DNA of 61,553 nt, filler included, from Nitrospirae bacterium CG2_30_53_67 (GTDB lineage: Bacteria > CG2-30-53-67), in the NCBI GenBank assembly GCA_001873285.1. It is 6 parts of 6 records of this genome, joined end to end, with 100 filler letters (N's around TTAATTAATTAA, not from the genome) between each part and the next. Parts side by side here need not be neighbours in the genome. Positions count along the whole stretch, not along the records: positions 9,432 to 23,621 come from MNYV01000145.1; positions 23,722 to 35,659 come from MNYV01000068.1; 4 more parts are not named here. One strand, 5' to 3'. Positions 18,236-27,925 of the stretch are shown here, piece by piece. Both the position numbers and the translations under genes were made by a program. The notes under the pieces were generated by a model. It had not been told where the DNA came from and made no database searches. It saw nothing but the letters and a program-made list of their open reading frames with translations. Every line of letters starts with the position of its first letter. The stretch's first letter is position 1.

Positions 18236-19999
18236 TCAAATCCCGCAGACCCGGCAATAGCCGTTGAACTCCTGGTCCACGGAGACCAGGCTGCCGGGTT
18301 TTTGTTTCAAGAGGTTCAGGACCTGGGTCCCCTTGCTCCCGTACCGGTAAATGGTCACGCCTTTGCATTTGAGGGCGTGTGCCATGAGATAGATTTTTTT
18401 CACGTCATCGGCCGTGGCCTGTTCGGGCAGGTTCACGGTCTTGGACACGGCATTGTCCGTATAACGCTGAAACGCCGCCTGGATTTTGAGATGATCTTCC
18501 GGAGCGATGTCCATGGCGGTCTTGAAGAGGGCCCGGATCCCTTTGGGGACGGAGCGGACGTTCCGGATGCTCCCGATGCCCATGATCTCATCCCTGAGCC
18601 GAGGTGTCAGGACCTTTGCTGCCATCTCTTCGAATAGGGGATTGAACTCGATGAGGTCCCGCCCGTCGAGCACGTGCCGGACGAATGAGACCGCGAAGTG
18701 CGGCTCGATGCCGCTCGATGTCCCTGCGATGATGCTGATGGTCCCGGTCGGGGCCACGGTAGTGACCGTGGCGTTGCGCAGTGGCGGGAACCCCCTTCCG
18801 GGATAAATGCTCCGTGAGAAGTTCGGGAAGGGGCCCCGCTCCCTTGCCAATTGTGCCGACACCTTCCTTGCTTCCGAGGTCACGTAGCGCATGAGTCTCC
18901 CGGCAAGGCGGAGCGCAATCTCCGAATCATAGGGGATCCCGAGCCTGATCAGCATATCGGCCCATCCCATCACGCCGAGACCGATCTTCCGGTTCGCGAG
19001 GGTCATTCTCTTGATTCTAAAGAAGGGGTATCGGTTGAGGTCAATGATATTGTCAAGGAAACGGACGCCGATCCCGATGATTCTCTTGAGCTTCCTGTAA
19101 TCAACCCGGCCGTTTTGAACCATATGTGAGAGGTTGATGGATCCCAGATTGCAGCTCTCGTAAGGGTAGAGAGGAAGTTCGCCGCAAGGGTTGGTCCCAT
19201 CCATCTCCCCAAGGTCAGGGGTCGGGTTCTTCCGGTTCACCTCGTCGACGAAAAGGAGCCCCGGATCGCCGGTCTTCCACGCCATCCGGGCAATGAGGCC
19301 GAAGAGGTCAGGCGCATTCTCTTCTCTTTCGATCCTGCCGGTCTTGGGGTTGATGAGGGGGATACTCTTTCCGCTCTTGACCGCCTTCATGAAACGGTCG
19401 GTCACGGCCACGGATATATTGAAATTCGTGAATGCTTCCGGGTCCTCCTTGGCTTGGACAAAGGTCCGGATGTCCGGGTGGTCCACGCGGAGGATCCCCA
19501 TGTTGGCCCCGCGTCTTCTCCCCCCCTGCTTGACCACCTCCGTGGCCTGGTCAAAGACCCGCATGAACGAGACCGGCCCCGAGGCTACCCCTCCGGTGGA
19601 TTTGACCACACCCCCTTCGGGCCGTAACCTGGAAAAGGAGAAGCCCGTCCCCCCGCCGGACTGGTGGATCACGGCCATCTCCGAGACCGCCTTGAAGATC
19701 CCTCGGATTGAATCCGGCACCGGGAGCACAAAACAGGCGGCAAGCTGTCCGAGCCGGGTCCCGGCATTCATCAATGCAGGAGAGTTGGGAAGGAAATCGA
19801 GATCGGTCATGACCTCAAAGAAGTCCTGTTCGATCTCAGCCGGGTCTTTTCCTTTACTGTAGAGCCTTCCGGCCGCAGCCACATGACGGGCGACCCGGGC
19901 AAACATCTCTTCGGGTGTTTCACAGACCCTGCCTTGAGGATCCCGTTCAAGGTAACGCTGTTTCAGGATGATGCGTGAATTTTCTGAAAGGCTGATCAT
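18236..19999 (-). CDS. nrdJ: Second class II ribonucleotide reductase (short form)
   Basis: PNSPALMNAG, QGGRRRGANMG, TNPCGELPL, TVAPTGT, C-terminal CRVC. Confidence 0.93.
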   Translation of the reverse strand: MISLSENSRIILKQRYLERDPQGRVCETPEEMFARVARHVAAAGRLYSKGKDPAEIEQDFFEVMTDLDFLPNSPALMNAGTRLGQLAACFVLPVPDSIRGIFKAVSEMAVIHQSGGGTGFSFSRLRPEGGVVKSTGGVASGPVSFMRVFDQATEVVKQGGRRRGANMGILRVDHPDIRTFVQAKEDPEAFTNFNISVAVTDRFMKAVKSGKSIPLINPKTGRIEREENAPDLFGLIARMAWKTGDPGLLFVDEVNRKNPTPDLGEMDGTNPCGELPLYPYESCNLGSINLSHMVQNGRVDYRKLKRIIGIGVRFLDNIIDLNRYPFFRIKRMTLANRKIGLGVMGWADMLIRLGIPYDSEIALRLAGRLMRYVTSEARKVSAQLARERGPFPNFSRSIYPGRGFPPLRNATVTTVAPTGTISIIAGTSSGIEPHFAVSFVRHVLDGRDLIEFNPLFEEMAAKVLTPRLRDEIMGIGSIRNVRSVPKGIRALFKTAMDIAPEDHLKIQAAFQRYTDNAVSKTVNLPEQATADDVKKIYLMAHALKCKGVTIYRYGSKGTQVLNLLKQKPGSLVSVDQEFNGYCRVCGI

Positions 20000-20005
20000 G
20001 GGTGG

Positions 20006-20410
20006 TTATCTTTTCTCTTTTTTCGAGTCCTTCAGTGCCGTCAGGATCTCCTTCGGGATGCGGACCGGTTTTCCAGTCTTCCCGATGCAGGCCATACTCG
20101 TTGCGCCGGCCGCAATGGCCTGATGATCCTCTTCACGGGAGACTCGGTAGCCAAGGTCGAACCGCGCGCCCGACAGCGAAATGCATGCCGTCTCCACCAG
20201 GAGGAGGTCTCCATACCTGGCCGGCGAGAGATAGTCCACCTCGGCATGGGTCACCACGAATAGGATGCCCTGATCCATCCATGTGTTCAGGTTCAATCCA
20301 AGATCAAGCAGAAACTCGGTCCGGGCCGCCTCGAAGAAGCGGAGGTAGTTGGCATAGTAGACCACGCCGCCCGCGTCCGTGTCCTTGTAATAAATCCTGG
20401 TCCTGTACAT
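20006..20410 (-). CDS. YbgC/FadM-family acyl-CoA thioesterase
   Basis: YYKDTDAGGVVYYANYLRFFEAARTE. Confidence 0.9.
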   Translation of the reverse strand: MYRTRIYYKDTDAGGVVYYANYLRFFEAARTEFLLDLGLNLNTWMDQGILFVVTHAEVDYLSPARYGDLLLVETACISLSGARFDLGYRVSREEDHQAIAAGATSMACIGKTGKPVRIPKEILTALKDSKKEKR

Positions 20411-20476
20411 TTTCGAGCCCTCTTCCCGTCTGAATTCAAAATCATATCAGGAGAGCAGCGGTTTGTAAAGCTGGAA

Positions 20477-20867
20477 GGGCGCCCGGGGTCTGCGACAAAT
20501 TTATGGGTACAAATCAGGGTTACATATGTTTGTCATTGTCCGGCCCCCCGATCGGGGGATCGGAGGGCATGCTTGACCGGACAATCCATGGTTCGACAAG
20601 CTCACCATGACAATTGTCACCCTGAGCCTGTCGAAGGGTGGATTCCCCGATCGAGTCGGGGAATGACGCTACCAGAGAAATATTTACCCATAAATTTGTC
20701 GCACACCCGGGCGCCCCCGAAAACAGCGATAGGACTGTACAGAGATATCATAAGTCCATGCAGTGCAAGTGTTTCACTGATCACCAGGAATTCACCCAAA
20801 GCCGCAGAGGAAAGGTCTATTCTGACTATGTTAGGCGGGTCTATCGCTGTTTCGGGGGGGGCGCCCC
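20477..20867. mobile_element. Nested cluster of MITE/palindromic repeats
   Basis: TIR tgcgacaaatttatgggta/tacccataaatttgtcgca between GGGCGCCC copies, internal REP-like hairpins, and a second IR ccgaaaacagcgatag/ctatcgctgtttcgg. Confidence 0.75.
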
Positions 20868-20912
20868 AAATTCCGAGATAGAAATTCTAAAATTGTACCC
20901 TCTTCCTCTTCA

Positions 20913-20941
20913 TTGACAAATCCGCCTCCATATTCTATGAT
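20913..20941 (+). promoter_or_regulatory. Sigma70 promoter of mutS
   Basis: TTGACA-N17-TATGAT. Confidence 0.7.
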
Positions 20942-21001
20942 CATCCAGCCATCAAGAAAAAAAGACAGCGCCCATTTTTTCTTGATATTTGGAGATCTCT
21001 T

Positions 21002-23620
21002 GTGTCTGACCTAACGCCGCTGATGCGGCAATACACACAGATCAAATCCCGGTATAAGGACTCGATCCTCTTCTTCCGCATGGGCGACTTCTATGAGATG
21101 TTCAATGAGGACGCCAAAGTAGCCTCCCGAGCCCTGCAGATCGCTCTGACCAAGCGGGGGAAATCCGAGGGCATGGACATCCCCCTCTGCGGCATCCCCT
21201 ACCATGCGGCCGAGTCATACATCGCGAAGCTGATCCGCCAGGGATTCAAGGTGGCCGTATGCGAGCAGGTCGAAGACCCGAGGAAGGCCAAGGGGATCGT
21301 AAAAAGGGAGGTGATCCGGGTGGTGACCCCGGGCACGGTCCTGGAGCAGGGGATGCTGGAGGAACGGGAAAATCATTACCTTGCCTCATGGGCGGCGGTG
21401 AACGGCGGGGCCGGGCTGTCGTTCCTGGATCTCACGACCGGGGCGTTCCTGCTGACTGAAAAGCGCGGGGAGCACCTTGCGGATTTCGTCCTGGACCGGT
21501 TCGGAACCTATGAGCCCAAGGAGCTGATCGTCCCCGAGGAGATCAAGGGGTCCCCTCTGCTGCAGCAGATCCTCCGGGAATATCCCCGGCTTCCGGTACA
21601 GTATATGGAAGGGTGGGCCTTTGAGGGATCCGAGGCCTACCGTAAACTGACCCGGCATTTCAATACCACCACTCTTCAGGGATTCGGATGCGAGGAATTC
21701 GCCCTGGGTATCGCGGCCGCCGGCGCGCTTCTCCGCTACGCGGAGGAGACCCAGAAAGGGTCGGCGCCGCATATTCTTGGGATCCGTGCCCTCAGAGACG
21801 GCGACCGGATGTTCCTGGATGTCTCCACCATCAAGAATCTTGAACTGGTCCGAAGTAACCTGGACGGGGGAAAACGGGGCGCCCTTCTCGGGGTCCTGGA
21901 CCGGACCCGGACGGCCATGGGCGGCCGGACGCTCAGGAACTTTCTGCTCAGCCCCCTGCTCGATCCCCAAGAGATCCGGAAACGTCAGGATGCCGTTGCC
22001 GAGCTTTTTGAGAACCCGCAGGCACTAAATGACCTGAGGGACCAGATGAAAGAGGTCCATGACATGGAACGCCTGATCGGGCGGGCCACACTCGGAGTGG
22101 CCAATGCCCGGGACCTTCTCGCCCTCGCGTCATCGCTCAGCCCCCTTCCTGTAATCAGGGCGATGATGGGCCGCCTGGAGAGCCCGCTCCTTGCGGAACT
22201 GCATGGAGAGATCGATGACCTGCAGGACCTCTTCCGCCTGATTCAGGAGGCCATCCACGACGACCCGCCTAACACCATACGGGAGGGGAGGGTGATCCGG
22301 GACGGTTACTCCGGGGAACTCGACGAACTCCGGAACATCGGGAGGGAGGGGAAAAACTGGATCGCCCGGCTGGAAAACCAGGAGCGGGCACGGAGCGGGA
22401 TCAACAATCTCAAGGTTCGGTACAACAAGGTCTTCGGCTACTACATTGAAATAACCAAGTCCAATCTGAGCGAGGTGCCCGAAGATTATATCCGCAAACA
22501 GACGCTGGTCAATGCCGAACGCTTCATCACTCCCGAACTCAAGGAGTACGAGGCCAAGGTCCTCGGGGCCGAGGAGAGGATCATCGAATTGGAGATGGAG
22601 CTCTTTGCGCGGGTGAGGGAGAGCGTATCAAAGGAGGCCCCGCGCGTACAGAAAACGGCCGGCGCCCTTGCTATCCTGGATGCCCTCAGTTCCCTGGCCG
22701 AGGCCGCTCGAGAGAACCGCTATGTCCGCCCTGAAATTACAGGGGAGACAGGGATCGTGATCCGGGACGGGAGGCATCCGGTGATCGAGGCCATGGAAGG
22801 CGCGGACCCCTTTGTCCCCAACGATACGGTCATGGATACCGAGAGTCAGAGGCTTCTGATCATCACCGGCCCCAACATGGCCGGGAAATCCACCTACATG
22901 CGGCAGGTGGCATTGATCGTGCTCATGGCCCAGATGGGAGGATTCGTCCCGGCAGGAGAGGCCAGGATCGGGATCGTGGACCGGATCTTTACGAGGGTCG
23001 GGGCCTCGGATGCGCTGGTGCGCGGGCAGAGCACCTTCATGGTGGAGATGAACGAGACCGCCAACATCCTTCACAACGCGACCGGCCGGAGCCTGATCAT
23101 CCTCGATGAGATCGGCCGGGGGACCAGCACCTTCGACGGGATCAGCATCGCCTGGGCCGTGGCTGAATTCATCCATGACCGGATCCGGGCTCGAACCCTC
23201 TTTGCCACCCATTACCACGAACTGACCGAACTGGCCATGACCCTCAATGGGGTCAGGAACTATAACATTGCAGTCAAGGAGTGGAACGATCAGGTTATCT
23301 TTCTGCGGAAGATCGTGGATGGGGGAGCGGACAAGAGCTACGGGATACAGGTGGCCAGGCTTGCCGGCCTTCCACCCGGTGTGATCGAGAGGTCCCGTGA
23401 GGTGCTCGCCAATCTGGAGAAGAGCGAACTCGACGAGACCGGAGAACCCGTGATCGCCCACTCCGAAAACAAGGAGAAAGCGCTGCATCAGCCCGACCTG
23501 TTTGCGGCCCGCCCGCACCCGGTCATACAGGAGATCAAGGAACTGGATCTTCAGACCATGACGCCCCTTCAGGCCTTGAATCTGTTGGCGGAGCTGAAGA
23601 AAAAGCTGGAGAAAGATTGA
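21002..23620 (+). CDS. mutS: DNA mismatch repair protein MutS
   Basis: TPLMRQY, FRMGDFYE, TGPNMAGKSTYMRQ, DEIGRGTST, SYGIQVA. Confidence 0.98.
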   Translation: MSDLTPLMRQYTQIKSRYKDSILFFRMGDFYEMFNEDAKVASRALQIALTKRGKSEGMDIPLCGIPYHAAESYIAKLIRQGFKVAVCEQVEDPRKAKGIVKREVIRVVTPGTVLEQGMLEERENHYLASWAAVNGGAGLSFLDLTTGAFLLTEKRGEHLADFVLDRFGTYEPKELIVPEEIKGSPLLQQILREYPRLPVQYMEGWAFEGSEAYRKLTRHFNTTTLQGFGCEEFALGIAAAGALLRYAEETQKGSAPHILGIRALRDGDRMFLDVSTIKNLELVRSNLDGGKRGALLGVLDRTRTAMGGRTLRNFLLSPLLDPQEIRKRQDAVAELFENPQALNDLRDQMKEVHDMERLIGRATLGVANARDLLALASSLSPLPVIRAMMGRLESPLLAELHGEIDDLQDLFRLIQEAIHDDPPNTIREGRVIRDGYSGELDELRNIGREGKNWIARLENQERARSGINNLKVRYNKVFGYYIEITKSNLSEVPEDYIRKQTLVNAERFITPELKEYEAKVLGAEERIIELEMELFARVRESVSKEAPRVQKTAGALAILDALSSLAEAARENRYVRPEITGETGIVIRDGRHPVIEAMEGADPFVPNDTVMDTESQRLLIITGPNMAGKSTYMRQVALIVLMAQMGGFVPAGEARIGIVDRIFTRVGASDALVRGQSTFMVEMNETANILHNATGRSLIILDEIGRGTSTFDGISIAWAVAEFIHDRIRARTLFATHYHELTELAMTLNGVRNYNIAVKEWNDQVIFLRKIVDGGADKSYGIQVARLAGLPPGVIERSREVLANLEKSELDETGEPVIAHSENKEKALHQPDLFAARPHPVIQEIKELDLQTMTPLQALNLLAELKKKLEKD

Positions 23621-23621
23621 G

Positions 23622-23721
23622 NNNNNNNNNNNNNNNNNNNNNNNNNNNNNNNNNNNNNNNNNNNNTTAATTAATTAANNNNNNNNNNNNNNNNNNNNNNN
23701 NNNNNNNNNNNNNNNNNNNNN
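23622..23721. other. Artificial contig spacer
   Basis: N-run + TTAATTAATTAA + N-run. Confidence 0.99.
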
Positions 23722-23888
23722 TCTGGGGTCATCCGCCCGCTCAGATTGAGAATCTCGATCCCCACCACTGTACCTTCCGCGTTGAAATCCAGAACCACGC
23801 CAGGCTGTACCTCTTCCGATTCAACGATGGAAGCTTCATCCAATCGGAAATAGAGTGCGTCATTTTCTTTATCCACTTTTAACCTCAT
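23722..23888 (-). CDS. DUF2283-like putative antitoxin (3' truncated)
   Basis: DKENDALYFRL...ESEEVQPGVVLDFNAEGTVVGIEIL. Confidence 0.8.
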
Positions 23889-23932
23889 GATTTCCTCCTT
23901 GCTCGACGGTCAAAGAACGCCGTAACCACTTT
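23885..23932 (-). pseudogene. C-terminal remnant of a DUF4258-like toxin
   Basis: KVVTAFFDRRARRKS* with ATGA overlap into the DUF2283 gene. Confidence 0.55.
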
Positions 23933-23976
23933 CTAACGGGAGGCTACTCGCCGTCTCGTTGAATGGCTTGTTAGAT
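23931..23976 (-). repeat. Degenerate attC-like site
   Basis: ATCTAACaagccattcaac...GTTAGAA at the end of the DUF2442 gene. Confidence 0.45.
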
Positions 23977-24250
23977 GCTTCTTTATTATTTTTGATTTTA
24001 GAGGGTATCTCTCAGGATTTTCGAGGTTGTCAATTTCTAAATCAACATCCAAGTCAGGCCAGTATAAATGATAGCCATGAAGCAATTGAACATTCTGTAT
24101 GGAATTTAATGTCTGGTCTTTAAAATAAGGGTAATCCTTATAACTCAAAAAGTATTCCTTTTCTTTTTCTTTTACAAAGAGCCAAATTCCAAAGGGTGTT
24201 ATATTTTCAACGCTTATTGAAATGCCTTTGCCATGCTTTAATGATTTCAT
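23933..24250 (-). CDS. DUF2442-like protein
   Basis: VENITPFGIWL, EYFLSYKDYPYF, HLYWPDLDVDL. Confidence 0.8.
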   Translation of the reverse strand: MKSLKHGKGISISVENITPFGIWLFVKEKEKEYFLSYKDYPYFKDQTLNSIQNVQLLHGYHLYWPDLDVDLEIDNLENPERYPLKSKIIKKHLTSHSTRRRVASR

Positions 24251-24449
24251 TTTTATGCGCCTCAACAATTTTTTGAATTTCGTTCAGCTTTCTCGGGTTC
24301 AATCCATGAGATATAGCTAATGATATTATGGGTTCTATCCAAAATTTAGCTTCTCCATCCTCACATGTTACATGGATATGGATTCTATCCTCTTCGTTTA
24401 AAAGGAAATAAAATCTATACCCTTTTTCCCTGAAAATTGAAGGACTCAT
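24207..24449 (-). CDS. DUF4160-like protein (putative toxin)
   Basis: GYRFYFLLNEEDRIHIHV, EAKFWIEP, AWQRHF; overlaps the DUF2442 gene. Confidence 0.82.
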   Translation of the reverse strand: MSPSIFREKGYRFYFLLNEEDRIHIHVTCEDGEAKFWIEPIISLAISHGLNPRKLNEIQKIVEAHKNEIIKAWQRHFNKR

Positions 24450-24489
24450 ACCAGTTTTATTTTTTTATCAATTGGTTAAGATAAGTCAA

Positions 24490-24518
24490 ATGGTATACTA
24501 TGCATATACTTGTGTCAA
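24490..24518 (-). promoter_or_regulatory. Cassette-internal promoter with palindromic operator
   Basis: TTGACA-N17-TACCAT with a TATGCATA palindrome in the spacer. Confidence 0.5.
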
Positions 24519-24529
24519 TTTAAAAGAAT

Positions 24530-24579
24530 GTCTAACAGGGCGCCTGGCGCCGAGATGCAAATCTGACCGTACGTTCGGC
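24530..24579 (-). repeat. Degenerate attC-like site
   Basis: GCCGAAC...GTTAGAC upstream of the DUF4160 gene. Confidence 0.4.
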
Positions 24580-24625
24580 TGATTGTCTTCTTCGATTTGT
24601 CATAGAAAAAATACCGTCTCTTTTC

Positions 24626-26851
24626 CTACGCCGGTTTGAAAAAGACCGCCCCGAGGGGAGGGATCACGATCTCGATGGAACAAGGTTTGCCGTGCCACGG
24701 GATCGGCTCGGAGCGGACCCCGCCCCCGTTTCCCAGGTTGCTCCCGCCGTAGAGGCCGGACTCGCTGTTGAAGATCTCACGGTAATAACGGTGTTCCGGC
24801 ACCCCCACCCGGTAGGACCACCGCGCCACGGGTGTGAAATTGCACACCACCACGATATAGTCATGCCGGTCTCTGGCGAGTCGGATGAACGATACGATGC
24901 TGTTTTCCGTGTCATGCAGATCAATCCACTCAAATCCGTGGTGGTCAAAGTCGACCTGGTGAAGGGCCGGCTCCCGGACGTAGAGTCCGTTGAGGTCCCG
25001 GACGTAGTTCTGCAGGCGCTTGTGCTCCATGAAGCCGGACAAATGCCAGTCCAGACTCTGATCGTACCTCCATTCGTCCCACTGACCGAACTCTCCGCCC
25101 ATGAACAGAAGCTTCTTCCCCGGATGGCCGTACATGAACCCGTAGTAGAGTCTGAGATTGGCCATCTTCTGCCAGACGTCGCCCGGCATTTTACTGAGCA
25201 TCGACCGTTTCCCGTGGACCACCTCGTCGTGGGAGAGGACCAGCACGAAGTTTTCGGTGAAGGCATACAGGAGCCCGAAGGTAAGGTTGTTCTGGTGGTA
25301 TTTGCGGTGGACCGGATCCCTGGAAATATACGTGAGGGTGTCGTTCATCCACCCCATGTTCCACTTCAGATCGAAGCCCAGACCGCCGAGGTAGACCGGC
25401 CTCGACACCGCGGGCCAGGCCGTGGACTCCTCCGCTATGGTGAGGATCCCCGGATAGTACTGGTGAACGACCTCATTGAATTTTTTCAGAAAGCCGATGG
25501 CCTCCAGATTCTCATTTCCCCCGAATTCATTCGGAATCCACTCCCCCGGCTTCCTCGAATAGTCCAGGTAGATCATGGAGGCGACGGCATCAACCCTCAG
25601 GCCGTCGATATGGTACTTCTCAAACCAGAACAGGGCATTGGAGATGAGAAAGTTTCTCACCTCGTTTCGACCGTAATTGAAAATCAGGGTCCCCCAGTCT
25701 CGGTGCTCCCCCCGGCGCCGGTCCTGGTGCTCATAGAGACAGGTCCCGTCAAAGAAGCCGAGCCCATGCCCGTCCTTGGGAAAATGTGCCGGCACCCAGT
25801 CGAGAATCACACCGATTCCGCTCTGATGGCACTGGTCGACAAAATACATGAAGTCATCCGGGCTGCCATGCCGGCTGGTCGGCGCAAAATATCCGATGGC
25901 CTGATATCCCCAGGAGGCGTCGAGCGGGTGTTCGTTGACGGGGAGGAGTTCAAGATGGGTATAGCCCATCTCCTTGGCATAGGGAACCAGCATCCGGGCC
26001 AGTTCCCGATAGGTCAGCATACGGTTATCTTCTTCCGGTTTCCTCGCCCACGAACCGAGGTGAACCTCGTAGATCGCGATGGGTGATTCGAACCAGTTGG
26101 TCTGCGGCCGCTTCTCCATCCAGTCCTCGTCCTTCCACGGGTGTTTTCTGATATCACAGACGATGGAGGCGCTCTTGGGCCTCTGCTCGAAACGGAACCC
26201 GTAAGGATCGGCCTTGACCGTCTCGAAGTTCTTATACTTCGACCGGACAAAAAACTTGTAGATCTCCCCCTCGCCGAGGCCGGGGATAAAGATCTCCCAG
26301 ATGCCTGATGAGTTGAGAAAACGCATCGGATGCCTTCGGTTGTCCCAGCGGTTGAAGTCCCCGATCAGACTGACGTAGGTTGCGTTGGGCGCCCAGACGG
26401 CGAAATGTACGCCTCGAACCCCGTTCCGTTCGGTGGTGTGGGCGCCGAGTTTCTCATACTTCTGGTAATGGCTCCCTTCGCCGATCAGATAGAGATCGTA
26501 GTCCGTGAGCACCTGTCCGAAGGAGTAAGGGTCCTTGAACTCCAACGTCTCCCCTTCCGGGGTTTCCACCCTGAACCTGTAGGGGAAGATCCGGCTCCTG
26601 AAATATCGGGCAAGGAAAAATCCCAGGGGATCGATCTTCGCCATGGGATGGCGCACGCCTGTCTCTTCCTCAACCACCCAGGCCTTCGCCGCCTCCGGAA
26701 GGAAGGCCGTGACCTCGATGCTCTGCTGCGCTTCCACCCCAATGAGGCGCATCCCGAGCACGGAAAAGGGATCCCCATGCCGGCCCTGGGTAATCAGCGC
26801 CAGATCATTTTCCCATGGAATATGGGGTGGATCCACACGTTGCTGCTTCAC
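24626..26851 (-). CDS. glgB: 1,4-alpha-glucan branching enzyme
   Basis: FAVWAPNA, YEVHLGSW, DGLRVDAVASM, AEEST, LSHDEVVHGK. Confidence 0.97.
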   Translation of the reverse strand: MKQQRVDPPHIPWENDLALITQGRHGDPFSVLGMRLIGVEAQQSIEVTAFLPEAAKAWVVEEETGVRHPMAKIDPLGFFLARYFRSRIFPYRFRVETPEGETLEFKDPYSFGQVLTDYDLYLIGEGSHYQKYEKLGAHTTERNGVRGVHFAVWAPNATYVSLIGDFNRWDNRRHPMRFLNSSGIWEIFIPGLGEGEIYKFFVRSKYKNFETVKADPYGFRFEQRPKSASIVCDIRKHPWKDEDWMEKRPQTNWFESPIAIYEVHLGSWARKPEEDNRMLTYRELARMLVPYAKEMGYTHLELLPVNEHPLDASWGYQAIGYFAPTSRHGSPDDFMYFVDQCHQSGIGVILDWVPAHFPKDGHGLGFFDGTCLYEHQDRRRGEHRDWGTLIFNYGRNEVRNFLISNALFWFEKYHIDGLRVDAVASMIYLDYSRKPGEWIPNEFGGNENLEAIGFLKKFNEVVHQYYPGILTIAEESTAWPAVSRPVYLGGLGFDLKWNMGWMNDTLTYISRDPVHRKYHQNNLTFGLLYAFTENFVLVLSHDEVVHGKRSMLSKMPGDVWQKMANLRLYYGFMYGHPGKKLLFMGGEFGQWDEWRYDQSLDWHLSGFMEHKRLQNYVRDLNGLYVREPALHQVDFDHHGFEWIDLHDTENSIVSFIRLARDRHDYIVVVCNFTPVARWSYRVGVPEHRYYREIFNSESGLYGGSNLGNGGGVRSEPIPWHGKPCSIEIVIPPLGAVFFKPA

Positions 26852-26863
26852 TTGTCTCCCTTA

Positions 26864-26895
26864 GTGGCCCTATTCGTAAATACGGTGGCATTCGA
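26864..26895. mobile_element. Solo terminus of MITE family A directly upstream of glgB
   Basis: TTA-GTGGCCCTATTCGTAAATACGGTGGCATTCGA. Confidence 0.7.
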
Positions 26896-27077
26896 ATTGC
26901 CGAGATGATACAACAAACCATGTTTTTTTTCAAGTGTGAATTGCTCTCTTTGCTGGGACAGAAGAATCTTCCCTCACCGGACGCCATGGGAGAAAGGTTC
27001 GCTCATTTCTATCGCGGGATTTGGTTTTGATATGAAGACTTGATCTTTTCCAAGGTTTCGGATAAATTAAGAATTAA

Positions 27078-27238
27078 GTGGCCCTATTCGTAAATACGGT
27101 CGCATTCGAGGGTCGTAGGGCGGCCTCATCTGCGTTCCGCTCCTTGCGGCGTACCAGAGGGTACGCCTCAGTCGCGCGCCTTGATAAGACCGCCCTACGA
27201 CCCTCTCGGTACGTTACCATATTTACGAACAGGACCAC
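27078..27238. mobile_element. MITE family A copy
   Basis: Same TIRs, flanked by TAA...TAA duplication. Confidence 0.88.
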
Positions 27239-27280
27239 TAAACCGTTCATACCTTGATTTCATCTAAAAAGGAGACGACC

Positions 27281-27679
27281 ATGAGCCGGAAATCAGACTA
27301 TGGCATTCAAAAAATACTCCCGTGCAGTTATGAGGAGGCCTTACCCAGGGTTAAAGAGGCCCTTTCCAAGCAGGGTTTTGGAGTCTTGACTGAAATTGAT
27401 GTCCGGGCCGTTTTAAAGAAGAAGCTGGATATTGATTTTAACAAATATGTCATCCTGGGCGCCTGCAATCCCGCCATGGCCCATCAAACCCTCCAGGAAG
27501 AAATAGAGATCGGCCTTCTACTCCCGTGCAATGTCATTGTTTATGAAAATGACATGAAACAGACCGTGGTTTCTGCAATCGATCCGGTAAAGATGCTTGA
27601 AATCGTAGAGAACCGGAATCTGACCCCGAATGCCGAAAAAGTCAAGCTCATGCTTGAGAAAGTCATATCATCACTATAG
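27281..27679 (+). CDS. DUF302 family protein
   Basis: GFGVLTEID, ILGACNP, IGLLLPCNV. Confidence 0.9.
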   Translation: MSRKSDYGIQKILPCSYEEALPRVKEALSKQGFGVLTEIDVRAVLKKKLDIDFNKYVILGACNPAMAHQTLQEEIEIGLLLPCNVIVYENDMKQTVVSAIDPVKMLEIVENRNLTPNAEKVKLMLEKVISSL

Positions 27680-27925
27680 ATCAAATCAAAATCGAATCAA
27701 AATTTTTAATTGACATTTGTATTTATTTATATTAATTTATTAGGATATTGAAAAATATGGAGTGATTTTCTGTTTTGGTATTGAGCCGTTTCCCTTCGAA
27801 CAAAGGATGCCTCGAAATATCTTCCGGATTTTTCAGTAGACAACTTTAAAAATCAAGATGCCGCTATTTCAAAAGAGGATTTTTTCACTTTTCAGGAGAT
27901 GTTTTAAAAACAAGAGGTAGATAAC

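Noticed and set aside
13491..19999. Inteins or introns in nrdJ
   Set aside because: Catalytic motifs are contiguous and lengths are normal.
22628..26086. 296-aa and 464-aa opposite-strand ORFs
   Set aside because: Shadows of mutS and glgB.
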